NCBI GenBank assembly: GCA_902540265.1
Contig: CACBLW010000003.1
Location: 44,618-108,617 of the forward strand
DNA length: 64,000 nucleotides
Direction: 5' to 3'
Source: an uncultured Alphaproteobacteria bacterium
Lineage (GTDB): Bacteria; Pseudomonadota; Alphaproteobacteria; HIMB59; GCA-002718135
Shown here: positions 23,247 through 32,601 of the stretch, in pieces
Layout of the letters: each line of letters opens with the position of its first letter
How positions within the stretch are numbered: the first letter of the stretch is position 1
Notes under the pieces: model-generated
What the model was told of the DNA's origin: nothing
The model's input: only the letters and a program-made list of their open reading frames with translations
The model's database searches: none
Position numbers and translations under genes: made by a program

Positions 23247-24161
23247 ATGTCGATTAGTATTCTTGGTATTTTTGTTGCTGATCTCGTTTTTTTTGGAGAA
23301 AAAATTCCAGTTGAGGGAGAAACTATCCTTGGTAAAAATTTTGTTATTGGCCCTGGTGGCAAAGGATCAAACCAAGCTGTAGCTGCAGCTAAGGCTGGTG
23401 CAAAAACTTTTTTTATTTCTAAGATTGGTGATGATCAATTTGGTTCGATGGCAACAGAAATTTACAAAAATTCTGGTGTTGATTATAGTAATGTAAATAT
23501 TTCAAAAGATCATTCGACTGGTGCTGCAGGCATACTTGTAAATGAAGGAACAGGAGCTAATGCTATTAATGTTTTTCCAGGTGCAGCAGGTGCAATTACT
23601 ATTGAAGATATAGATAAAGCAGAAGAGGCAATTAAAAACTCAAGTATATTTCTTACACAACTAGAGGCACCAAAGGATGTCGTTACTTATGCTTTAAAAA
23701 AAGCACATATTTTAGATGTAAAAACAATTTTAAATCCTGCTCCAGCTGCTGAAATAGATGAATCTTTATTTTCTATGATTGATTATTTTACACCAAATGA
23801 AACGGAAGCAAGTTTTTATGTGGATCACAATGTTGAAACACACGAGGATGCTGAGAAAGCTGCTATGCAATTGTTAGAAAAAGGTATTAAAAATGTCGTT
23901 ATTACTCTTGGAGAAAAGGGAGCTTTTTTTGCTAATAGTGAAGAAAAATTCTCCTTACCTATAGCAAATCTTTCAAATCCAGTAGTGGATACCACTGGTG
24001 CCGGCGATGCTTTTAATGCAGGTTTTGCTGCGGCACTTACCGAAGGTCAAAATATTAAAGATGCTCTTAAATTTGCCAGTGCAACAGCTGGTTTATCAAC
24101 GACGAAAATTGGAACAGCAAATTCCATGCCTTCTAGAGAGGAAATTGATAAACTTCTATAA
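23247..24161 (+). CDS. rbsK: Ribokinase / deoxyribokinase (PfkB family)
   Basis: GGKGSNQAVAAA, LNPAP, PNETEA, DTTGAGDAF. Confidence 0.9.
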   Translation: MSISILGIFVADLVFFGEKIPVEGETILGKNFVIGPGGKGSNQAVAAAKAGAKTFFISKIGDDQFGSMATEIYKNSGVDYSNVNISKDHSTGAAGILVNEGTGANAINVFPGAAGAITIEDIDKAEEAIKNSSIFLTQLEAPKDVVTYALKKAHILDVKTILNPAPAAEIDESLFSMIDYFTPNETEASFYVDHNVETHEDAEKAAMQLLEKGIKNVVITLGEKGAFFANSEEKFSLPIANLSNPVVDTTGAGDAFNAGFAAALTEGQNIKDALKFASATAGLSTTKIGTANSMPSREEIDKLL

Positions 24162-24182
24162 TTATTGTATAATAGAATCATT

Positions 24183-24362
24183 ATGCAATTATTTTTAGAA
24201 AGACTGATCTATTTTTGGGCTGGGATAACAGCTATTGGTCTTTTAATAGCCGTAGCTTACTGGGCAATCGCAACTATAATATACGTAGCCTTTATCTCTC
24301 TTTTTGTTGCTATCGTAGCTACTCTTTTCTATCATTTTTATTGGTCCAAAAGAGATAATTAA
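24183..24362 (+). CDS. Small two-TM hypothetical protein
   Basis: 59-aa hydrophobic ORF filling the rbsK-sbcB gap; TTGATA-N17-TATAAT upstream (24145-24173). Confidence 0.6.
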   Translation: MQLFLERLIYFWAGITAIGLLIAVAYWAIATIIYVAFISLFVAIVATLFYHFYWSKRDN

Positions 24363-24394
24363 TAGTCTATAAATACCAATAAGGTTATTTATCA

Positions 24395-25906
24395 GTGACA
24401 AAATATATATTTTACGATTTAGAAACATCAGGAAGAGGTAAGAAAGAATATCCAACTGCTTTTGCTACCACTCCAAAATGGGAGCAGATAATGCAAATTG
24501 CTGCAATAGTTACTGACTCCAAGTTTAATCAAACAAATCAAAATATGAATGAGTTTTGCAGACCTCGAACATCAGTGATTTCTCAACCTGGTGCATTAAT
24601 AACAACACTTAAAGGTATGAGAGAGGCACTTGATGCACCTCAATCATCTTACGAATTAATGAAAAAAATTAATGAAACTTTTGATGAATGGAAAAAAGAT
24701 GATCCAAGTTCTACTTTTATTGGTCATAATATAATAGAATTTGATGAATCTGTTCTCGAATACAATTTGTTTAGTCATATGTTTTATCCTTATGTAACAA
24801 GAAAGAGTAGGGGCGATACATTAAATTTAGCGAGAGGTTTATATGCCATAAACCCATCAAGTATAAAAACACCTTTAACAGAGAGGGGTAATCCTAGTTT
24901 TAAATTAGAAAAAATTGCGGAGATGAATAATTTACCTGTTGAGTTTGCTCACGATGCATTTTCAGATGTTAAAACATCAATAGCTCTGACAAAATATATT
25001 AATGAAGCAGACACAACTAATTGGAGTCAGTTACAAATGACGATGAGTAAAAAAGATGCCATTGAATATATAAATAAAAATAAAGGTTTTTGTTTTATGA
25101 CGAGTTTTGGGGGAAGAATTAAACTTCAAGCATTGTCGATGGTATGTGAGTCACAATATAATGGTTGGTTTCACACAATTGATTTGGCACATGATCCGAC
25201 TCCATTACTAGAAGCTAATTCTGAAGAATTTAAAAAACTTATTAAAAGGAAAAATAGATACGTTATTACTAATCAGCATCCTATTATTCTACCAGGCAAG
25301 ATTGCTGCTAATTACGAGCCTTACGATGAAATTGGTTCAGATGTTCTTAATGAAAGAGCAAAAATAGTTTTTAAAAATAAAGATTTAGCAGACAAGTTTA
25401 AACTTATGGAAATTGATAGGCGTATTGAAAAAGAAGATGAAAAATCGCAAGATAATATATTTCCAGAAAGTGCAGCAAATGCCTTTCTTGATTTCAAACA
25501 ATCAACAGAAATAGCTAAATTTCATGAACAAAATGACTGGAATGAAAAATATAAAATTGCTCTTTCAATTAAAGAACCAAGAGCAAACTTTATTTTAAAA
25601 AGACTTATATTTGATGAAAGTCCAAAAACTCTATCAAAAGAAGATTTTAAAATGATTCACCGGGAGTTACATGAAAGGTTAGTTATTAATCAAGAGAGGC
25701 CTTTTACGACAATACCAGAAGCAATGTCTCAAACTGATACGGAATTAGTTAAAATGGAAGAGAGTGATGATGAAAATAAAGCTCAAAAAATGCAAATTTT
25801 AAAAGATTACAATGTCTATTTAAATTTTATGGAGAAATATTTCTCTAATAAAAATGCTGAACCTCTTCCTAGTGGTAAAGAACTGAGCAAAATAATCTTT
25901 GGTTAA
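24395..25906 (+). CDS. sbcB: Exodeoxyribonuclease I-like DEDDh 3'-5' exonuclease
   Basis: FYDLETSG, GHN..FD, SFKLE, HDAFSDV motifs; about 500 aa; GTG start. Confidence 0.82.
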   Translation: MTKYIFYDLETSGRGKKEYPTAFATTPKWEQIMQIAAIVTDSKFNQTNQNMNEFCRPRTSVISQPGALITTLKGMREALDAPQSSYELMKKINETFDEWKKDDPSSTFIGHNIIEFDESVLEYNLFSHMFYPYVTRKSRGDTLNLARGLYAINPSSIKTPLTERGNPSFKLEKIAEMNNLPVEFAHDAFSDVKTSIALTKYINEADTTNWSQLQMTMSKKDAIEYINKNKGFCFMTSFGGRIKLQALSMVCESQYNGWFHTIDLAHDPTPLLEANSEEFKKLIKRKNRYVITNQHPIILPGKIAANYEPYDEIGSDVLNERAKIVFKNKDLADKFKLMEIDRRIEKEDEKSQDNIFPESAANAFLDFKQSTEIAKFHEQNDWNEKYKIALSIKEPRANFILKRLIFDESPKTLSKEDFKMIHRELHERLVINQERPFTTIPEAMSQTDTELVKMEESDDENKAQKMQILKDYNVYLNFMEKYFSNKNAEPLPSGKELSKIIFG

Positions 25907-26691
25907 TGTTTGGGATTCAATATTTTATTATTGGTATTGTCCAAGGCTTCACAGAATTTTTACCAATTAGTTCTTCTGGGCATTTGGTTCTTGTATCAGA
26001 ATTGACGACTTGGCAGGATCAAGGTCTCTTTACTGATGTCGCTGTTCATGTCGGAACATTATTGGCAGTTATAATTTATTTAAGAACACATATTACAGCA
26101 TTAGCCAAGAATTTTTTTTCTTTTCAAATTAACCAAAATGATAATTTAATTAAAATTATTATTGCAACAATACCCGCGGTTATAGTTGGATTTTTTATTT
26201 TTGATTTGGTTCAATTATATTTCCGAGATATCAAAGTTGTTGCAGTGACAAGTGTTGTATTTGCTGCTTTATTATTTTTAGCAGATCATTTTAAAATCAA
26301 AATATCTTCCTGGGAGAATATGAGTTATGTGCAGGCCTTTATCATTGGTGTATTTCAAGTTTTAGCTTTTCTACCTGGGGCAAGTAGAGCAGGTGTTACA
26401 ATTACTGGAGCACGTTTTTTAGGATTTGATAGATCATCTGCAGCAATTTTTTCTATGCTTTTATCTATTCCGATTATTTTAGCATCCTTAGTTTTAACAA
26501 GTTTTGATTTAATGAGCAGTGCAGAGGTAAATATAAATTTATACCAATCATTATTTGCAGCATTTGTTGCGTGTATTACTGCTCTAGTATCAATTAACAT
26601 CATGATGCGAATAATTCAAAGTTCAACCTTTAATATATTTATTATTTATAGAGTTTTACTAGGATTTATCTTATTATATTTTTATGCATAA
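25906..26691 (+). CDS. uppP: Undecaprenyl-diphosphate phosphatase
   Basis: QGFTEFLPISSSGH, PGASRAG, YR motifs. Confidence 0.95.
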   Translation: MFGIQYFIIGIVQGFTEFLPISSSGHLVLVSELTTWQDQGLFTDVAVHVGTLLAVIIYLRTHITALAKNFFSFQINQNDNLIKIIIATIPAVIVGFFIFDLVQLYFRDIKVVAVTSVVFAALLFLADHFKIKISSWENMSYVQAFIIGVFQVLAFLPGASRAGVTITGARFLGFDRSSAAIFSMLLSIPIILASLVLTSFDLMSSAEVNINLYQSLFAAFVACITALVSINIMMRIIQSSTFNIFIIYRVLLGFILLYFYA

Positions 26692-27613
26692 AATATCTGG
26701 TGTCTTTAGTGCTGCACTTACACCTGTCAAAAAAGATTTATCAATTAACAAAGATTTATATCTTCGTCATTGTCAATATTTAATGAGACAAGGTCATGAC
26801 GGTCTTGCAATATTTGGTACTACTGGAGAAGCAAATAGTTTTTCGGTTCAAGAAAAAAAAGATCATCTAGATTTTTTAGTATCAAATCGTATCGATCCTA
26901 ATATCCTTATGCCTGGAACAGGATCCTCCTCTTTAAATGATGCAATTGATATGACTAAACATGCTGCTAGTCACAAAGTAAGAGCAGTTCTTATACTTCC
27001 TCCCTTTTATTATAAAAATGTTACAAATGAAGGTGTCATAAATTATTATCGCAATATTATTGAAAGAGTAGGTGAGAGCGATTTACAATATATTTTGTAT
27101 CATATCCCCCAAAATTCTTACGTATCAATTGATTTTAAGATGATTGAAATTCTATTAAAACTTTATCCAAATAACGTCGTTGGATTAAAGGATTCAAGTG
27201 GGGACAGTGATAGAATGATGAAAGTTATAAAATATTTTAATGATTTTGCCGTATTTTGCGGCCATGACAGTTTAGCATTAAATATTTGTAAGCGAGGAGG
27301 GGCTGGAGCAATTACAGCTGGCACTAATGTATGTGGCAAATTACTCACTTTTATCTTAAAAAATCATAAAAATGAGAACAGCATTAAAAATTTTGCCGAT
27401 TTACAAAATCTACTCCAACAAATTCGTCAAGTTATTACTTCACATGAGCCAATAAGTTTAATGAAAGCATATTTTTCAATTGTTGATAATATTCCTGATT
27501 GGAATATTGTTTTACCTCCACTTAAAAAAATTGAAGATCCTGCAAATCAAAAATTAGTATTAATATTAAAAGAATTAATAAAAAAAATTGATCCGTTAAT
27601 AGCGAATACGTGA
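26684..27613 (+). CDS. Dihydrodipicolinate synthase/N-acetylneuraminate lyase family class I aldolase
   Basis: GTTGE, PPFYY, LYHIPQ, GLKDSSGD; paralog-type sequence, substrate unknown. Confidence 0.85.
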   Translation: MHKISGVFSAALTPVKKDLSINKDLYLRHCQYLMRQGHDGLAIFGTTGEANSFSVQEKKDHLDFLVSNRIDPNILMPGTGSSSLNDAIDMTKHAASHKVRAVLILPPFYYKNVTNEGVINYYRNIIERVGESDLQYILYHIPQNSYVSIDFKMIEILLKLYPNNVVGLKDSSGDSDRMMKVIKYFNDFAVFCGHDSLALNICKRGGAGAITAGTNVCGKLLTFILKNHKNENSIKNFADLQNLLQQIRQVITSHEPISLMKAYFSIVDNIPDWNIVLPPLKKIEDPANQKLVLILKELIKKIDPLIANT

Positions 27614-27955
27614 GTTAAAATATTTTTTAGCTTGAGTGGCAATTAAATTTTGCACAGGTTTTAAGAAGACAGCAAAACCTATACAATCAGTAAAGAAACC
27701 AGGAGTAATTAAAAGTAATCCTGATACTAATAAGAAAATACCTCCCTTTATTTCTTCGGTGGGCATTACACCTTGTGATAAGTTCCGTTGTGCATCAAAT
27801 AACAATTTGATCCCTTGTCTACGCACAAGAAATATTCCCACTAAAGCAGTGGTTAGTATAATTGCGATAGTATTTAAAATTCCAATATTGGAGCCAATTG
27901 TTATGAAAATACTTATTTCTATTATTGGAATAATAATAAACGCTAGAAAAATCAC
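27596..27955 (-). CDS. fxsA: FxsA family membrane protein
   Basis: IPIIEI, RRQG, LLITPGFFTD; GTG start overlapping the sbmA stop. Confidence 0.9.
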   Translation of the reverse strand: MIFLAFIIIPIIEISIFITIGSNIGILNTIAIILTTALVGIFLVRRQGIKLLFDAQRNLSQGVMPTEEIKGGIFLLVSGLLLITPGFFTDCIGFAVFLKPVQNLIATQAKKYFNSRIRY

Positions 27956-28956
27956 TAACGTACTATACCAGTTTTTTCATCCTGAATGTTTTTTTCTATT
28001 TTATTCTCAAATTCTCTTAATCTTTTATAGACACTAGCTAACTCGATAATTGTCGGCCATGCTCTAAATAAATATTGTAGAGATCCCTCAACTCTTCCAA
28101 AGGCTCTTATAATTTGTTGCATAACTCCAAGTGTCATGACACCTGCAACAATTGCTGGTGCTAAAAATATATAAGCTGCAAGTACATTAGCTTGTAAATA
28201 AGCAAGTCTACCAATGCTAAAATAAAGATAATAAAGGTAACTTTTAAAGTGAATTTCTCTAACACCCTGAAAAAGTTCTTCTAAAGATTTAGGCCTAATA
28301 CTTCCATCATCTTCAGCAATAACTAGAATTTTTCTATAAGCAGCTTCTTTTTTTTGAAGATCATATTCAATACCAACTAGTCTTAGTAACCATGCTAGTA
28401 CAATCATTAAAATTGTACCACCGACAGCCCATATAAACGCTCCAGATACTAAACCGTATTGCCAATCACCAAACCATAAAATTGGAATACCAACTGATAA
28501 AGTCATTAAGAGGGGGAAGAACTCTACTAGTACAAGAACTGACTCAATTAAGCTCGTTCCAAGACCTTCCATAATTCTACTAAACTTTATGGTATCTTCT
28601 TGAACCCTTTGACTTGCACCTTCGATAGTTCTCGCTTGATCATAAACACTATGGTACCACTCAACCATTGCTGTTCTCCATCTAAAAAGAAAATGGGAAG
28701 TTAGGAATGAAATTGCTAGTCCTAATGCAATTGAAATAGCAGCAAGTTGAGCAAAACTAAATAAAGCACCCATGTATTCTTGCATAGTTATAGCATTTGG
28801 TGTCCCAAGTGCTTTTTGTATCATGTCATAAAATTCTCCAAACCATTCGTTAATCTGTACATCAATTTGAACTTGAACCCATATAGAAGTAAGTATGACT
28901 ACAGAGCCTACATAAGCCCATACATACCATTTTGGTTCAGTGAAAAATTTAAACAT
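27955..28956 (-). CDS. sbmA: SbmA/BacA-like peptide transporter
   Basis: INEW...FYD, FRWRTAM, IEGASQRVQEDT, EAAYRK.LV..ED, WPTIIELASVYKRL. Confidence 0.88.
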   Translation of the reverse strand: MFKFFTEPKWYVWAYVGSVVILTSIWVQVQIDVQINEWFGEFYDMIQKALGTPNAITMQEYMGALFSFAQLAAISIALGLAISFLTSHFLFRWRTAMVEWYHSVYDQARTIEGASQRVQEDTIKFSRIMEGLGTSLIESVLVLVEFFPLLMTLSVGIPILWFGDWQYGLVSGAFIWAVGGTILMIVLAWLLRLVGIEYDLQKKEAAYRKILVIAEDDGSIRPKSLEELFQGVREIHFKSYLYYLYFSIGRLAYLQANVLAAYIFLAPAIVAGVMTLGVMQQIIRAFGRVEGSLQYLFRAWPTIIELASVYKRLREFENKIEKNIQDEKTGIVR

Positions 28957-29007
28957 TTTTTATATATATATGTTCAATTAGATTTTAAAAAAGAAGGTAG
29001 GTATTAA

Positions 29008-29091
29008 TTATTTCTTCTTTTGGCGCTTTTTGTTTCTTCTATATTTAGAGCCTCTTTTACGTCTGCCTCTATGTTTTTTTGGATATCCCAT
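29008..29091 (-). CDS. 27-aa Lys/Arg-rich small protein (not in ORF track)
   Basis: Manually translated MGYPKKHRGRRKRGSKYRRNKKRQKKK*; upstream TTGACT-N16-TATACC; fills the largest gap in the region. Confidence 0.65.
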   Translation of the reverse strand: MGYPKKHRGRRKRGSKYRRNKKRQKKK

Positions 29092-29133
29092 AATGTAGAT
29101 ACGGTATACAAAAATAAAAAATTAAGTCAAAGA

Positions 29134-30021
29134 CTAATAATGCCAATCTTTAGCTTCATTAAATAAAAAATCCCTAAAAACTTCAAGTCTTCTATCGTTT
29201 TTAAAAGATCCAGAATAAACAAAGTATGTTTGATAAGACGGCCCTTCTAAATTAGGTAGAACGCGTACTAGCTGAGGTTTATCTGCAACCATATAATCAG
29301 GTAAAGATGCTAGTCCTCCTCCTTTTTCAATAGCAAGAGACATCGCATAAATACTGTTCACTCTAAATTTAGGTCTTCTTTTTGTTCCTTCTTTACCAAT
29401 CTTTAATATCCAATCAATATTGGATACTGGTGAAGGTAATCCAGCTCCAAAGCAAATCAAATCATGTTTATCCAGATCATTTACATTTCTTGGTATTCCA
29501 CTTTTCTGTAAATAATCTGTAGAACCATAAATATGGTTATGGAAATTAACAAATTTTTTAAAAATTAAATTTGCTTGAGTCGGTTTTTTTACTCTTACTG
29601 CAACATCTGCAACTCTTGCAGATAAATCAACTTCTTCGTCGCTCATAACTAAACTTACATCTATCTCTGGATATTGATTAGAAAATTTGGTTATTCTTGG
29701 TGTGAGCCATGCTGATCCAAAACCAACTGTTGTGCTTACGGTTAATTTACCTACTGGTTTAGTTTTTTTATCTAACAATTTTTTTTCAAAATCAGAAATT
29801 GAGAAATTAATTTGATTTACAGTATTAAATAAATTTTCACCTTGCTCAGTTAACCTTACACCTTTTTGATGTCTAATAAATAAAGGTGTCTTTAAATCGT
29901 ATTCTAAATCTTGTATTTGTCTACTAAGAGCAGATTGACTGATATTTAGTTTTGCACTTGCTTTAGAAATGCTTCTTGAGATTGCAATTTCGTAAAATGA
30001 TTTTAATTTATCCCAGTCCAT
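29134..30021 (-). CDS. LysR-family regulator, VtlR/LsrB-like
   Basis: MDWDKL...LNISQSALSRQI HTH, TTVGFG..WL and R..VFRDFL, typical of the conserved alphaproteobacterial VtlR/LsrB group. Confidence 0.85.
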   Translation of the reverse strand: MDWDKLKSFYEIAISRSISKASAKLNISQSALSRQIQDLEYDLKTPLFIRHQKGVRLTEQGENLFNTVNQINFSISDFEKKLLDKKTKPVGKLTVSTTVGFGSAWLTPRITKFSNQYPEIDVSLVMSDEEVDLSARVADVAVRVKKPTQANLIFKKFVNFHNHIYGSTDYLQKSGIPRNVNDLDKHDLICFGAGLPSPVSNIDWILKIGKEGTKRRPKFRVNSIYAMSLAIEKGGGLASLPDYMVADKPQLVRVLPNLEGPSYQTYFVYSGSFKNDRRLEVFRDFLFNEAKDWHY

Positions 30022-30668
30022 TATCTTAAAGAATTTATAATTTCATTATAGTTATTTTGATTTTGAGATAATAAATAAGATCCAACCGCTAACACATTAG
30101 CTCCATTGTTTTTGCATATTTTTGCATTTTCATTATTTACCCCACCATCAACAGCTATCTCATAGTTATAATTATTATTTTTTCTAATTTCATCTAAATC
30201 TTTAATTTTTTGCACTTGATCATACATAAATTTTTGACCACCAAAACCAGGTGTAACTGTCATAACTATTATTTGTTGCACTTTATTAAATAAATGATCA
30301 ATATCTGCAATATTTACCTTAGGGTGAATGGCAATTCCTGCTTTAATTTCAGCATCACATATTTTTTTAATAATTTCTTCTGGGTTATCATCGGCCTCAG
30401 GATGAAAGGTAATGATATCTGAACCAGCTTCTATAAATTCATTAATATATTGCTTCACTGGTTTAATCATAAGATGTACATCTAGAATTTTAGAAGTAAC
30501 CTTTCTTAATGATTTAACTATATTTGGTCCAAAAGTAATATTTGGAACATAGTGACCATCCATAATATCTATATGAATATAGTCAGCGCCATTTAGATCT
30601 AAAAATCTAACCTCTTCCTCTAATTTAAGAATATCTGCTGATAATATTGATGGTGATATTTTTATCAT
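30021..30668 (-). CDS. rpe: Ribulose-phosphate 3-epimerase
   Basis: SPSILSAD, HIDIMDGHYVPNITFG, DVHLM, PGFGGQ, VDGG. Confidence 0.96.
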   Translation of the reverse strand: MIKISPSILSADILKLEEEVRFLDLNGADYIHIDIMDGHYVPNITFGPNIVKSLRKVTSKILDVHLMIKPVKQYINEFIEAGSDIITFHPEADDNPEEIIKKICDAEIKAGIAIHPKVNIADIDHLFNKVQQIIVMTVTPGFGGQKFMYDQVQKIKDLDEIRKNNNYNYEIAVDGGVNNENAKICKNNGANVLAVGSYLLSQNQNNYNEIINSLR

Positions 30669-30706
30669 TTATAAATTGATATATAATATATAAATAAACA
30701 TTCATA

Positions 30707-31051
30707 ATGAATTCTGTCACTGAAAAACCTTGGGGATCATTTAAGATACTTCAATCCGGTAAAAAATTCCTAGTAAAAAAAATTTTTGTAAAACCAGGCG
30801 GTGTTTTATCTCTGCAAAGTCATGAACATAGATCTGAGCATTGGATTGTAGCTGAAGGAGAAGCTGAAGTTACAGTTGACAACCAAGTAACTAATTTAAA
30901 TGAAAATGAGAATATTTTTATTCCCAAAGGGTCAATTCATAGAATGGCTAATAGAAAAGATCGTGATTTAGTTATTATAGAAATGTGGTACGGTGATAAT
31001 CTTGATGAAAATGATATTAAAAGATATGAAGATATTTATGAAAGAATTTAA
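30707..31051 (+). CDS. Stand-alone type II phosphomannose-isomerase C-terminal cupin
   Basis: KPWG, LSLQSHEHRSEHWIV, HR..N, EN.DIKRYEDIY; no GMP-transferase domain. Confidence 0.85.
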   Translation: MNSVTEKPWGSFKILQSGKKFLVKKIFVKPGGVLSLQSHEHRSEHWIVAEGEAEVTVDNQVTNLNENENIFIPKGSIHRMANRKDRDLVIIEMWYGDNLDENDIKRYEDIYERI

Positions 31052-31434
31052 TGCTTATTAATACTCCTATATCACTTGGTGAACTTGTAGATAAAATTTC
31101 AATATTAATTATCAAACAGAAAAATATAACTGATGAAACTAAACTTGATCATGTTAAAAAAGAATTAGATTTTCTCCAAAAAACATTAATGAATTATGTT
31201 CAGCAAGAAGAAATAAATAATCATTTAGAAAATTTGATAAATATTAATTCTAAACTTTGGAATATAGAAGACGATATTAGAGAGTGTGAAAGAAAAAAAA
31301 TGTTTGATCAAACATTTATTGATCTAGCTAGAAGTGTCTATTTTACCAATGATGAGAGAGCAAAAGTAAAAAATGATATTAATAAGACCTTTGGCTCTGA
31401 ATTAGTGGAGGTAAAATCTTATGAGGAATATTAA
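31051..31434 (+). CDS. DUF6165-like hypothetical protein
   Basis: PISLGELVDKISIL, LWNIEDDIR, LARSVYFTNDER, EVKSY. Confidence 0.75.
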   Translation: MLINTPISLGELVDKISILIIKQKNITDETKLDHVKKELDFLQKTLMNYVQQEEINNHLENLININSKLWNIEDDIRECERKKMFDQTFIDLARSVYFTNDERAKVKNDINKTFGSELVEVKSYEEY

Positions 31435-32472
31435 TTAATAAATTCTCGAAACACTTTTAGAAACAAGAGATACTAATTTTTCTTTGTAAATGTTATTTTT
31501 AAATATATCAACTGAGTCTACAGCTACATTTGAAAAGTGATTTGCTCTTGTAAGAGTATCTTCAATACATTGATATTTATTAATTATTTCTAATGCCGTT
31601 TCAAAATCTCCATCATTTTGGTTAAGATCAGATATTGTTCTTTCCCAAAATTTTTTTTCTTTATCATTTGATCTTCCGTATGCTAATATTATTGGAAGAG
31701 TAATCTTACCTTCTTTAAAATCATCTCCAGTATTTTTTCCTAATATTTTTTTGTTTGAAGAATAATCAATAGCATCATCAATTAATTGAAAAGCCATGCC
31801 AAAGTTTGTTCCAAATGATTTTAATGCATTAACCTCAGCTTCTGTTCCAAGACCACTAATTGATCCAACTTGACATGCTGCACTAAATAAAGAAGCAGTC
31901 TTTGCATTTACAACTTCAAAATAAATATTTTCATTTATTTCTAAATTTTTGTCATTGGCAAGTTCTAAAACTTCTCCTTCAGAAATTACAACACTAGTAT
32001 CAGCTAATATTTTTAAGGTTTCAGTGTTGCCATATTTTGTCATTAATTGAAAAGCTCTACTGAATAAAAAATCACCAACTAATACACTTGTTTTATTTTT
32101 CCATTTCTCATTTGCTGTAGGTTTTCCTCTTCTTTGTTTACTTTCATCTATTACATCATCATGTAATAGTGTTGCTGTGTGAATAAATTCTACTGCTGCA
32201 GACAGACCAATGTGATTCATTTTATTTCCAATTTCACTAGTTCCATTTCTTGTCATGTAAAAACTTGAAACAGTTAAAAGAGGTCGCAATCGTTTTCCCC
32301 CTGATAAGATAAGGTATTTTCCAACTTCATGAACTAAAGGTACATTGCTATCTAATTTATCAAGGATTATTGTGTTTACGGATACTAGATCTTCTTTGCA
32401 TAGATCTGTTAATTCTCTGATTTCATCTTCAAATGAAAAATCTTTTTTTCTAAGAGGAAGAACATTATCCAT
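31435..32472 (-). CDS. ispB: Polyprenyl (octa/decaprenyl) diphosphate synthase
   Basis: GGKRLRP, LLHDDVID.S..RRG, KTA, FQLIDDAID, GK..GDD. Confidence 0.93.
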   Translation of the reverse strand: MDNVLPLRKKDFSFEDEIRELTDLCKEDLVSVNTIILDKLDSNVPLVHEVGKYLILSGGKRLRPLLTVSSFYMTRNGTSEIGNKMNHIGLSAAVEFIHTATLLHDDVIDESKQRRGKPTANEKWKNKTSVLVGDFLFSRAFQLMTKYGNTETLKILADTSVVISEGEVLELANDKNLEINENIYFEVVNAKTASLFSAACQVGSISGLGTEAEVNALKSFGTNFGMAFQLIDDAIDYSSNKKILGKNTGDDFKEGKITLPIILAYGRSNDKEKKFWERTISDLNQNDGDFETALEIINKYQCIEDTLTRANHFSNVAVDSVDIFKNNIYKEKLVSLVSKSVSRIY

Positions 32473-32601
32473 ATTTGTTAACTATTAGAATCTTATGTTA
32501 ATTCATTAACTTAATTGACGCACTTAAACTCAAATTACTAAAATTACAAACAAATGCTACATAACGCTTTAAGAAAAGATTAACATTTGTTATTAGATAT
32601 T

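Noticed and set aside
26684-27613. Calling this gene dapA
   Set aside because: Family motifs are present, but the sequence (YHIPQ, KDSSGD, GHD) fits a paralogous aldolase; substrate cannot be assigned.
28957-28971. Short (TA)n tract upstream of sbmA
   Set aside because: Too short to distinguish from AT-rich background.
32569-32584. TTAA-N7-TTAAC CtrA-like box upstream of the S49 peptidase
   Set aside because: Expected by chance in DNA this AT-rich; no ctrA gene in the window and no clear copies at the cell-wall genes.
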